Of a stretch of 60,000 nucleotides of DNA, positions 1 through 11,135 are shown one piece after another; within the stretch, counting starts at the first letter, position 1, and each line of letters opens with the position of its first letter. The translations under genes and the position numbers were made by a program. The notes under the pieces are model-generated. The model was not told where the DNA came from, did not search any database, and saw only the letters and a list, made by a program, of their open reading frames with translations. Source of the stretch: Lytechinus pictus (taxonomy: Eukaryota); NCBI RefSeq assembly GCF_037042905.1, contig NC_087251.1, forward strand, positions 48,982,001 to 49,042,000. The letters are read 5' to 3'.

Positions 1-1
1 C

Positions 2-1591
2 TTCACGCAAGCACAGTACGAGGAAATGTATGGCGTGATGTTTAGGATGATGCAGATGATGCCATTCGGAGGAATTGGACAACCAGCTCCTCCATACTGC
101 AACCCTGCTGCCGCCTACGGTGGGTATTGCCCACCATGGGCTGGAGGCAGATATCCGCCACACTACCCTAACACTGTGGCCCCGCAAACCTCTCCCCAAG
201 GACCATGTGACTTGCAACATGGGGGTAGCAACCCTGTGTATCAAGGCGCTGGACCCCAAAGAGATGGACATGGAGGCCCAGTATACAGTGAAAATAGAAA
301 CACCACAAGGCCATCAGTAAGTCCTGGATACTTGGGGCTGCCAACAAGAAATCAGCCGCCCCGCGTCACCAGACTTACTTCGGCCTCAAGACCTGTGGTA
401 CCAGAATATGACGACAGAAGGCCCCCTTCTAGACCAACCTCTTTGCCGAAGACCATTTCGTTCGACGGCAAGGGAAGTTGGGCGGCCTTCTATTCAAAGT
501 TCCAACTTTACACCGAAAGACATGGCATGTCTGATGCAGACAAGAAATATCAGCTGTGTCTGGCGTTGGAGGCCGAAGCCAGTAAGTTGATGGCCCTCAT
601 CCAGGAGAGCAATCCAAATATCGCCTTCTCTGACTTGGTTACCAAGTTGGAGAAGCGGTTCGCTCTCCAGGAGGAGCCGGAAGTTACTCGGATGCAATTT
701 CAATCGGCTTTCCAACGCTCGGATGAAGACATAATCAAATGGGCAGACAGGCTTATGACACTTGCAGGTCAGGCCTTTGTAGGCCTACCTGACAAGTTCG
801 TCCAAGAACTTGTAGTGGCAAGGTTCTGCCAAGGTGCCCAAGACAAAGATGCAGGGCATCATGTCCTGACTTCTCGGCCTGGGACATTAGATGAAGCCAT
901 GACCAAGTACAAATGGTTTCAGTTTACCCAGAAGACCATGCAGAAGCATGGCCCTAGGCTGAGAAACGAAGTAAGGCAGCTCTCTGTAGGAGAAGATAAG
1001 AATGACCTCAGGGTACAAGAGTCGTCTCCTCCGGAAGCTGCCACCAAAGGAAATTCTAGCCTTGAGGCTAGAATCAGTGCTCTGGAGGCTCAGAATGCAA
1101 TGTGGGCCTCCAAGATGGATTCGATGGTTGCTGCAATCACGGATCTGTCTCGGAGTACTAAAGAACTTTTGTCGGTGTCAAGAGGCCAGCCGAGTTACTC
1201 CTCCGGCCGTGCCCCTGTCACACCTGAAAGACCAAAATATACCTCCGGCCGAGCTCTGGGAACACCGGACAGACCAAAGTATACCTCTGGTCGAGCTCCG
1301 GGTACATCAGACAGGCCGAGGTATACCTCTAATAGAACGCCGGATCGGTCAGAAGGAGGCAGAAGACCATCTTCGGGCCTTCCACCAACCGATCGGCAGC
1401 GAAACTTCGCAGGCTGCTTCAACTGTGGGGAAGAAGGCCATTTCAGTAGGGCCTGCCCCAGAGGGAGATCGCCTGCTCAGAACAGACGACTTAGGGCTGT
1501 CACCTTCGAGGAGGAGGGAAATGGACAGGGATCGGAGGAGATGGGGAATCCCCGATCCGATCACAGATCCCCACCATCTCCATTCCATTAA
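2..1591 (+). CDS. gag: Ty3/gypsy retrotransposon Gag (5'-partial), capsid-like region plus CCHC zinc knuckle
   Basis: 521-aa ORF, with the frame open back to the window edge. It has a capsid-like segment (FDGKGSWAAFYSKF...LEKRF...RFCQG) and the knuckle CFNCGEEGHFSRAC. Stop TAA at 1589-1591. Confidence 0.9.
   Translation, partial: FTQAQYEEMYGVMFRMMQMMPFGGIGQPAPPYCNPAAAYGGYCPPWAGGRYPPHYPNTVAPQTSPQGPCDLQHGGSNPVYQGAGPQRDGHGGPVYSENRNTTRPSVSPGYLGLPTRNQPPRVTRLTSASRPVVPEYDDRRPPSRPTSLPKTISFDGKGSWAAFYSKFQLYTERHGMSDADKKYQLCLALEAEASKLMALIQESNPNIAFSDLVTKLEKRFALQEEPEVTRMQFQSAFQRSDEDIIKWADRLMTLAGQAFVGLPDKFVQELVVARFCQGAQDKDAGHHVLTSRPGTLDEAMTKYKWFQFTQKTMQKHGPRLRNEVRQLSVGEDKNDLRVQESSPPEAATKGNSSLEARISALEAQNAMWASKMDSMVAAITDLSRSTKELLSVSRGQPSYSSGRAPVTPERPKYTSGRALGTPDRPKYTSGRAPGTSDRPRYTSNRTPDRSEGGRRPSSGLPPTDRQRNFAGCFNCGEEGHFSRACPRGRSPAQNRRLRAVTFEEEGNGQGSEEMGNPRSDHRSPPSPFH
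1516..1581 (+). promoter_or_regulatory. Programmed -1 ribosomal frameshift signal (slippery heptamer plus H-type pseudoknot)
   Basis: G_GGA_AAT at 1516-1522 is phased to the gag frame, followed by a 6-nt spacer. Stem 1 is GGATCGG 1529-1535 / CCGATCC 1552-1558. Stem 2 is GGAGATGG 1537-1544 / CCATCTCC 1574-1581. The -1 frame is open and joins the protease frame once the 1592-5700 insertion is removed. Confidence 0.8.
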
Positions 1592-4500
1592 TAGACAAGA
1601 CCAATATGGGGAGAACTTGAGTTCAAGGAGCATTTTGGGGTAAAAGTTGGGAACCGGTCTATTTCACCTAATTTGAATGTGCTGAATCTGATAAGACCGG
1701 TTCCCAAGCCAATTTTTCATGTTTTGACCACCTAATTTGCATAAACAAAATGGCTGCCAAATTGACAATTTATAATCTTATTTCTACAATATTCTTTTAT
1801 AATATTCGCTTTCACCGATATGGATACTGCAAAATCCTGCATACTTAACATGTACCATTTGGGAAAATTTGTTATTTCTGTTTGCGGCTAATAAATTATG
1901 CAAATTTATGCATATTTTGCAATATTATGCTATAATTTGATAATTACATCTAAAATGTTTATTATTTCGGGTACAAATAGCATTTGTATCATTATAATAA
2001 CTGTTTGGCCCTTAAATATAATACTCAAGTCATTTTTTAAATGTATTTTATAGTTCTTTGATATTTCTTGTGTGTTCTTGTATTTTCTGCCATTTGCGTT
2101 GTATATGTTTGATATGAGATCTTTAAAAAACTAATATCAATGGCAGACAAATATTAAGCTTCAATGATTGAATAATTTGATAAACTTCTTTTGCCACAAC
2201 TGTTAATTGTACTCAGGAACAAATACACACACATGCTCCCACACCCACACCTGTATATAGAAAGTAATATACTTGCAAGGTATAGTAGGCATGCCCAATA
2301 TAAAAACATTGATGCTGATCCTATAATCATGACAAATACCAAATTCAATGAACCCGTAAGAAAAGAAAAGTTTAGAAGTTGGAAAACCTGTAATCATGCT
2401 GAACTTAAATTTCTTGAAATAGATACATTAAAATGTTTTATAACAGATAAAATAATCAATTAAACGTGTGATTTACGCGGTGTAATTATCAATCGGATAT
2501 AATTATCAGTACATTGTTATTATCCTTGTAGTAAAATTATATCTTTGATTCAGCTCCATCAGAACTGCAATCATGGCAGTTAACCAAAGAACTATCTGTA
2601 ATAATTGCAAAGGATCTGTATTACTGGATCACTTACTAGTTTTTTGGGTCATTACCGATTTATTTATTTATTTGGCAACGATACATTTTCCCCAAGTCAA
2701 CCATCAAAGTGATTACTGAAAACCACATCTTTTATCCAATCCTTGCCTTGGAAGATTCTTTGACGAACGATACTGAATACAGAAGTGGAAATGATAAAAA
2801 CATGGGGCTAAACACAGATTAGCTCCATGGTTAAAACATGGGCAAAACAAGGTTTCCAGCCCAGTCACTGCCCAATGCAGAACAAATTTTCACAGTGTGT
2901 CCTATGGTTAAAAAGTGCTAGAGATGCCTGTTGAAGGTAAAACAGCATGGAGACAGTTGCAGAAGTCCAGTCTAGAGGTTATCCGGTCATGGATGATATT
3001 TTCTGCACCACCTCATGTAAGACAATTTCTGATCTCAGCAATTCTGTGGAGCAGGTAATATGCAGAATGGCAGACATGTGACGTGTGTTTCTTCATGCTC
3101 ATTGTTCTATCAAAGACTACGCCAAGAGATCTAGCCTTGCATACTGGAGATATATAGCTTCCTCACCTATTAAGACTGGAGTTGTAGTCATAATAATTAC
3201 GCATATAAGGAGATGACAGAACAAGATACTTCGCTTTTTATTGTTAAGCTCCAGGAAGTTGACCTTCATCCAACATCGAATCCTCAATGGCAGCACCAAC
3301 AACAGCAGCTGTACGAACCTCTGTATATTTCCCTTTTGGATCAAAAGTTAGGTATACAGCTGGATGTCATCAGCATAGAAGTGTATACCAAGACCATGTT
3401 GCCACATTACAGAGCCAAGAGGAGTGATGTACAGTTTGAAGAACAAGGGACAAGGACAGACTCCCAAGGAACTCCATATCAAAGGGTAGTCACAGGAGAC
3501 TGCATGCCAGTGATGAATACAGCTTCATACAGCTCTGTTGGCAAGGTAAGAGGAAACCTGCCACTGGAGTGCAGAATCATCAATTCCAAAACAGACTGTG
3601 AGTCTCCCAAGAAGAATGACATTTTCACTGGTATCAAAACCGGTTGACAAGTCAAACATAACTTAGGCAACTGCTTTCCTCATAGAAAGAGAAATCCTGG
3701 CTCTACAATCGAAGAAATTCTCGACCTAAACTTTGATGGTGATATCTCAGACTCGCATGCAGCCTATCAAAGCTGGGTAAGCTGTTGGATGCTGTTAGGT
3801 TTAATACCGATAAAAATAAGTGGATTAATAATCACCCACAGGAACGCCAAACATGCCAGGAACCCACCATCCTCTGAAAGATATCTTCGTTATCAATTTG
3901 AAATAGTCTATCTTATGAAGATATGAAGATGTGTGAAAATTAGAAGTTCGATAAATGGCCTAGAAGACATTACACAATTCACTGCGGTATTGAAAAGGTG
4001 TACTCCGAGCGTTTTAACACCTGAAACAAGATCTGGTTAGACAGCAGATTCTATCTCAAGACAAACGTTTAGGTTTTCTCTATTGATCTGTGACATGAGA
4101 ATCGGACATATCTCAAGAACACAAACACTAATCTATGACTTCGATACGAACTGCCTCCGCAGAATACTTGTACTAAATTGGTTTTATTTCAACAATTAGA
4201 GATGACTTTTATAATATGAGGCTGCCCTATCAATCAAGCCATCCAATGGAACACCAAATCGATGATAACTGACATTGATCATTCAACACCCCGAAGGTAA
4301 AGGTGTATATCAAGCTGGGGGAAGCTGGATGCCTCTAAGTTGGATGAAGCGGCAATCCTTGATAGGACAGGTGCAGTACTGCATTGGAAAAGATATATTA
4401 TGGAGATGCACATGTAATCCGTTAATGAAGTCCAATGGTAAAAAATTGTTATTAAAAGAATATGCAGTGACTTATTCGTTGTGGAACTTTAGAACATCAC

Positions 4501-5697
4501 AGTCTGGCTTTTAAAACACGGAAAACGGTCTAATTGATAGGCAAAATGAGAAATTAGATGGATTATATGTGGGTTCTGTTCTGAGAATTTTTTTTCAATA
4601 TTGGGACAATTTGACGAGCGTAATGGAGAAAAACACAGGACATCTCATTTTCAGCAGACGGTTTTCACTTCATTTTGCTGAAGAAAAACACACTAAATAT
4701 ATATACATGTATGTGTGATCAGATTCTGTTGGTCTGGAACATAACTACTCCAAAGGATATTAAATGCAACTGATTGACTATTAGGAGTTGAGAATTACAG
4801 TACTGTTATGATTCAAATTTAATAATTCATCATCTAAAATTGTAAATATAAATGAATTGATACCATAATTCAAGATACCATTTTATAATAAAAATATAAG
4901 CAATTAATAGTGACATTTGCTTGAATAAAGATAGCTTCATGAAATTCGTTGGATCTCCACCAGTGTGCTTTTAAATGGGAAGGCCCTCCGTGCAGGAGTT
5001 TACCTTTGTACGCAGATGTGGGTGTGGGAGTGGGTGCATCTGTTTATGCCCATGCCATATACGAATAAAAAATGTTAAAAAAGTGATTACATAATTAAAT
5101 CATTGAAGCTAATTATTTTCTTCCATTGATTGATAATCAATAATTTGACAGATCCCATAACAAAAATAACAAAACATGTACAAAACAAAAGGTACAAAAT
5201 ACAAAGAAATACATTAGAAATTCAAAAACAATAAAATACATTATTATTCACTGTGATATTATATTCTAAGGGCCGTACAATTATTTATAATGATGTAAAT
5301 GCTATTTGTACCAAAAATATAAACATTTGAGCTGAAATTATCAAATTATAGCATAATGATCCAAAATATGCATAAATTTGCATAATTAATTAGCCGCAAA
5401 CAAAAGTAACAAGTTTTCCCGAAAGGTACACGTATGTATGCAGGATTTTGGAGTATTCATGTCTGGGAAAGCGAATATAATTAAAGAACATTGTCGAAAT
5501 AATATTCTGAATTGTCAATTTGGCAGCCATTTTGTTTATGCAAATTAGGTGGTCAAAACATGAGAAATTAGCTTGGGAACCGATCTTATCAGATTCAGAA
5601 TATTTGAATTGTGTGAAATAGTCCGGTTTCCAACTTTTACCCCAAAATGCTTCTTAAAGTTTATATAGGCCTCTTTTTCCAGAATGGGTCTAGTCTA
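1592..5697. mobile_element. Non-autonomous long-TIR DNA transposon, Academ-like (TAG...CTA termini, 3-bp TSD)
   Basis: Ends are TAGACAAGACC and GGTCTAGTCTA. Imperfect inverted repeats extend ~680 bp (~1592-2280 vs ~4990-5697). TAA is duplicated at 1589-1591 and 5698-5700. No intact transposase. Confidence 0.8.
3950..4330 (+). mobile_element. Possible degenerate RTE-type LINE 3' fragment
   Basis: Conceptual translation FDTNCLRRILVLNW (~4140-4182) resembles the post-RT region of RTE LINEs. The rest is decayed. Confidence 0.35.
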
Positions 5698-5700
5698 TAA

Positions 5701-6254
5701 AGGACAGCCTCATGCCACAAGACCATGGTAGCTCACGGGCACCGGACTCACAAGCAAGTCCAGGGAGCCCAAAATTCTCTGAGGTAATAGATGTTCCTTG
5801 GAGGAATCCACCATGGCCACCAGACATTCCTGGTGAGGTTAAAGATCAAGATATTGAAGTAGTCATTTGTAGAATTATGTCTACTTCAACATTGAGTGTT
5901 GGGTTGACAGTTGGCAAAGAGCCCATTACATCTGTTTTGGACACTGCGGCAGCTGTCACCATTATATCAGATAGGCTATTCAAACGCCTCCAGCCTCGGC
6001 CGCCCATCCTTAAGCGTGTAATCCTTAAGGGGGCTGGCCGAGACATGAAAATGGACGGCATGGTGGTAGGGCCTATCAATATCAAGCTGGGTGCCCAAAT
6101 ACTCAGCGAGAAGATTTATGTAGCTCCGATAGCAGATGAGATGTTGTTTGGCGTTGACTTGTTACGAAAACACAATGCCAATATTAGCATCCCAAATGCT
6201 ATCTTAACTATGAATGGTGAAGACCTACCAATCATACAAAGAGAAGATCCATAA
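5701..6254 (+). pseudogene. Retrotransposon aspartic protease (pol N-terminal part), truncated
   Basis: Catalytic motif VLDTAAAVTIIS and C-terminal MLFGVDLL motif. Premature stop at 6254. Confidence 0.85.
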
Positions 6255-6484
6255 AACAAGGTGATATGATTGGGAAGGCTTATAAGTCTTGATTGTAGGA
6301 CCTGACGTAGAACCCTCAGAATGTGTCCCATTGTGGATACTCATGAATCAGGTCTATACTCTTCATCTTCTGGATCCCTGGAGCCGCTCTGTTGAGGGGC
6401 TGGCCCCAGGGGAACAGGAGTTGAGAAGGTTTCTACTTAAAAAGAAATAGATTGGTACACCTTGTCGATTGATTAGACAAAGAT

Positions 6485-7055
6485 GTGCCATTAAGTCAAA
6501 GACAAAGGGTCCCAAATGAGGCTCTTGAATCTTTTCCTGTAATGTGCATGGAAACATCCTTCAACAAAGCCAATTCATTTGAGATCCGAATAGTTGACCC
6601 AGCTGAGGTGGCAGAGGAGCCGCCTTCTGACGATTTAGTCAAGATCATGCGGAACCAATTCCTCGAGCCCCCCTGCAGGTGGTTAACATACAAGAAAGAG
6701 CCGGCTGAAGAGACTCTGTTTCCCCTCCCGCCAGAGGGAAAGTTTTTGTGGACAAACAGGGAACTCTTCTACCATTACAGAGAAGGAGTCATCTTGATGG
6801 AGAAGGATGAGCGTGATGTCATGATGATTTCTGAATCACTACGACATTACATCATCCAGCTTAGTCATGATCCTCCTTCAGCAGGGCATGCTGGGATCGG
6901 TAGCTCTCAGTAATATACCGATACGGCATGTCGGAAGACACTCATCTGCATATAGCCAGGTGTGCAACTTGTAAAACAAGAAAGCGACCCGTTCTGGGAG
7001 GCATCCTATGAAACGTTTTCATGAGAGCGCCCCCTTGGAATGTGTCCATCTTGAA
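6485..7055 (+). pseudogene. Integrase N-terminal Zn-binding (HHCC) remnant
   Basis: LRHYIIQLSHDPPSAGHAGI, then frameshifted HIARCATCK and MKRFHESAPLECVHLE. The catalytic core is missing. Confidence 0.7.
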
Positions 7056-7460
7056 CTCAGTATCGATCCTGGTTATGGCAGATTAAAGCAAGGGAGCTCT
7101 ATTGCCTCAAATAATGGGGCAATGCTACTCCCTCGCACCTGTCTCTGCCTTTTACCTTCATTGTAAGGCTATTTATTTTAAATACAAAAGTTGTATTTTA
7201 TATGTGTTTATTATGCTTTATATATGTAATACGGAAAATAGACGCCTATGATTTACAATTCTTATTGAGTTATGCTTTTTGTTGAAATTGGAAAATTAGA
7301 TCAGATAAGTAATAATATATACATATGTATGTATGTATCGATTTAAATATTTGCTTACTTTTTTACTTAGATACATAAACAAGGCAGAGACAAGGTAAGA
7401 ATATGTTTTATGATTGATAGTGATGTACAATGTATATATTGATGTATTTATGTTATATCT

Positions 7461-7700
7461 ATGTCATGAACAAATAAGAAAAAATAAGAAAAGAAAAAAG
7501 ATCACAAAGAAAAGAAAAAAAAAATCTCAAAAGAAAATAAAAAGATTACAGAAGAAAAGAAAAAGAAAAAAAGATCACAGACAAAAAAAAAATTAAGGAG
7601 AAAAGAAAAAGAAAACAAAAGAAGAAAAGAAAGAAAAAAGATCAAAGAATACGAAAAAAGGAAAGAAAAAGATATGATCAAGAAAAAAAAGGAAAAACAA
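7461..7700 (+). repeat. A-rich low-complexity (AAAAG)n-like tract
   Basis: Runs of A interrupted by G or GATC, in the retroelement 3' non-coding region. Confidence 0.8.
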
Positions 7701-7753
7701 ATGTACGTTGATGTATATTTTATGGTTTTATGTTTAGGGTTACCTTATGTTAA

Positions 7754-9207
7754 AGTTGAATTAAGAAGGGGGTGAGTTTCCATAAATATAGGTTCTACAT
7801 ACAATATATAGTATATATAAGTTGTTCAAACACATAGCATGTCACAATAATCCTCTGCCTTCTCGATATTTTGCTTTGAAAGTCTATGAAATTAGCCACC
7901 TGTCAGAGCCCGAGAGACGAGTGTACAGAAAAGTCACTCGGAGTGTGACGTCACCGGGGGGAATTTAGTATAAGAGGTGCCTGAATGTCATACAGAAATG
8001 CTATGCAGAGAGAGAAAGATATTTTACAATTTTTTTTCAAAGCAACTCAAATCAAACAAATAGGACTGATATGTACAAATCTTTACTTTCCCTGTATAAA
8101 AAAACAGTATGAATAACCACCATGAACTCTTCAATCATGATGTAAGATAGCAAACAGTGAGTTATTGAATGATATTTTCACTATTTCTCATTTATTTTAT
8201 CACGATGTTCAATCAAGTGAGTAGCTGGAAAGTAATTCCGGCGGCTAGCTCAGCGCGCGCTGAACGCATAATACTAGTACACACAACACCCAGGCATTGA
8301 GTGTACTGTTATGGTCTGGTATGTCGACTTAGTTCATGGCCGTGCAGCGATCCCCTGGCGTTTTTTCTTCTTTTCTTTTGTCTTTGACTCCACTTTTATA
8401 TCCTCTGGATCATTTCCACTCATAGCTCATTCCACAGAACAATCTTGAACCAAACGTATAGTATTCTTTCTCGGCCTTCTGAGTTGTTTTCTATATTTAA
8501 TTACGCTAGGGGTCACCGTCACACATACAAACGCAATTCGGAAGTGAGTTGAAGACAGAAAGATATATAGTAATTAGTATACATCTCTATGGTTGAAGAC
8601 AACAAGAACGGTACGGTAGCTCGACAGCTAGCTGCGCCGGAGCGGGCGGCCGGTCGGCACAAAGCAATTCCGCAACCAACTGTGTTTTTTTGCAAGAGCC
8701 GCGTCACACGCGGATAAATATGTCATAATAACACGTCTGCTACGTTATCGACTGGTGAGAAGATCTCGATCAAATTTCATATTATTCACCTTGAAATTAT
8801 TCCTTTAGGGTCTATGGTATCATTCTGAGGGAATTCACATATTTGGAATAATAGTACGGCCACAAATATTTTAATCATTTCCTCTTTGCAAGTTCTATGG
8901 CTCGCAGATACAACTTCAACTGCAGTTATTCCATATGAAGGAGTACGTGCATAGTACACAAAACGGCACTGCCTTGATTACTACACCGGGACCGAATACC
9001 CCCCGGTGACGTCACACTCAAAGAACACCCGTCTCTGTAGGCATTGCAGGAGCGAACTCAGGGAAAATGGGTAGGGATAAATCGTTCAAATTCACTATTT
9101 TGAAAAAAGAAAATGGGGGGTCGAATCACCTATTAGTGTTTGGGGGGTTGTAAGGTTGCTATTAATGTAAATATCTCAATATTTGGAATCGTCTTCTTAA
9201 TTCAACT
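7754..9207. mobile_element. Non-autonomous Kolobok-like DNA transposon
   Basis: 15-bp TIR AGTTGAATTAAGAAG / CTTCTTAATTCAACT. TTAA at 7750-7753 and 9208-9211. Inner inverted repeat GAGTGTGACGTCACCGGGGGG at 7941-7961 and 8999-9019. Confidence 0.75.
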
Positions 9208-9276
9208 TTAAGTATGTCAAGTTATGCTAAGTTATATAGAAAATGGGCCACCCAATTTTTTTAGGGTGGGGGGAAG

Positions 9277-9695
9277 TATGGTGTTAGGGGATTAGTAGGG
9301 ATTAGTAGTAATTAAGCACACAACATCACATGACCCATCGGCGGGAGGAACAAACACAAGACCAGTCAGCTGTACAACACACATACCCGGCACACACACT
9401 ACACACGCCATTCATCATTCCATACCCAACCCCCGGTCGTAGCGGACCTGTCACAGTGCCTGGATAAGAATAAGGTAAGGCTTTCTCCCGGTGTGAAGTT
9501 TATATGTGTATAGCGAGTGTATTATTATTTATGTTATCGGCCCACCTCTTTACTGCCACCCATGATTAAAAAGAAAAGTGATGTTAGACTCTGGAACAAA
9601 TATGACGAGGCGTTTACTGGAAGTTAGCAAAATGTTGGCTGCGGGCACTCACACGTATTGCGAGGTTAGTATTAGTATACTAACCTCGCACCACG
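9277..9695 (+). repeat. Putative 3' LTR
   Basis: Follows the polypurine tract AGGGTGGGGGGAAG. Imperfect inverted termini TATGGTG...CACCACG, internal ATTAAA at ~9565. The 5' LTR is outside the window, so the boundaries are unconfirmed. Confidence 0.45.
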
Positions 9696-10634
9696 AACCG
9701 CGTTTGGCAGTGGATTTCTAACTAGTGGGTTGCGCGTTCTGGGATCTCACTTCTTGGGTCCACAACACACGACTTCTATGGCTTGATTTTTCTGTGCGCG
9801 GCGGCATGTAATGAACCCTTGGGCAGTAGAGTCGCACGGCCAATATGGGAGACTCTCTCCAATAGGGGAGACAATCTCCCACATTGGAGACTTGCTTTGC
9901 AAAAGGACAAAAGAAACAACACCAACAAAAGCATGATTTTTTCCACCCAAAATTTTGTCTCGCTGAGGTCAGAAGCCCATTTGTTTTGTGTGTGATTGAC
10001 AACAAAAATCCTTATCAAAACAAAAGTAGACGGTGAATTTTTAAAGTAGACGGTGAAAAGGGGTAATTTTTCATGAGGAATCTGCTTATCACATTTTTAT
10101 TTGCCGCCAAGTTAATCCTTTTGCAGCAAATGTAAACAAAGGAAATTGGACTCCAAAACTGGAGACTGTCTCTGAAATTGGATACCCAAATTCTTTACGA
10201 AAGTCTCTGATATTGGAGATAATCTCCCACATTGGAGACAGTCTCCAACTCCGAGTCCAAGTCCAATATTGCTCTAGGCCTACTGTTCACCTGTTGGGTG
10301 GCTGCGGGCGTCAATCGTATTTTGATACGCTATGGAAATCGTACACTTTATTGTCGGCTGCTTGCGGTCGCATGGTCGCATCCGGACAATAGCGGCGCTA
10401 TTGCCCCCTTTGCGATCCCATGATCCTTTGCGTGAATCTATTTGCGATAAGGTCTATCGTGTAACGGTGTATGCATTGACATGAATTTAAATACCTGGGA
10501 CTGCATCTAGGCCTACCAAAGAAATGACAATCAATTTCATGAATTTGCGACTTTATTTTGTAGTCTACCAGTCCGAGTATTGAAAAAAATAATAATACAT
10601 GTTCCATTTGAGAGAAATTCTAGGGTCTGTTTAC

Positions 10635-10649
10635 CTTTGAAGCTGCCAT
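10635..10649 (-). CDS. Candidate first coding micro-exon (MAASK) of a divergently transcribed gene
   Basis: The minus strand reads ATG GCA GCT TCA AAG|GTAAAC in a CpG-rich region ~490 bp upstream of the + strand gene start. No downstream exon was identified in the window. Confidence 0.35.
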
Positions 10650-11135
10650 TAAACTGAAATTATCCGGTTTTTATGAGAACCCTGCGCAAAGCTCGTGCTG
10701 TCGAGTCGTCTGCAAACTGTCGATTACGCACAGTCGCCCTCTTGCGATTTAAAATTTGTAAGGGGCTTGTTGTTGTTTTCTGCGGGTACATGCAAAAATT
10801 AGAATGTCAAAGTCCTTTTCCGTGTATTTGACTTTAAAAGAAATAGAAAAGTGGAAATATGTGTCTAAAAATGATTATAAACTTTATCATTTTAGTGAAA
10901 ACAAAATCACCCTATAAGAAAGTTGTTTCAATCTTTGAGTTGACTATCGAAATATCCAGTTGAAGACATAGCAAGTGCCCCCCGGTGAAACCAGGGACGC
11001 TATTAGTACAGTGGCAGTCGTGCAGTTCCTGACGTCGGGGCAGTTGATCCTTTTCTTTCTAAAAAAATCCTACCCATGGCATAGAATAGATGAACAACTT
11101 AAGTTAGGCCAACCTTACATTTGTTCGAGACAATC

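Larger units (their letters stand above)
1..9695 (+). mobile_element. Defective Ty3/gypsy LTR retrotransposon (gag, protease, integrase fragment, PPT, 3' LTR), interrupted by two DNA transposons
   Basis: Colinear order: gag (to 1591), protease (5701-6254), integrase Zn-binding remnant (6485-7055), A-rich 3' region, PPT (~9263-9276), putative LTR. Confidence 0.8.

Noticed and set aside
1002..1643. 213-aa overlapping ORF as the pol frame
   Set aside because: It is the +1 frame and has no recognizable motif. The protease joins the -1 frame instead.
7414..7596. Lys-rich 60-aa ORF
   Set aside because: Translation of an A-rich low-complexity tract.
9697..10256. Possible hAT-like MITE with GGAGA-rich subterminal repeats
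   Set aside because: An internal repeat (AATCTCCCACATTGGAGAC twice) is visible, but I could not fix convincing TIRs or a TSD.
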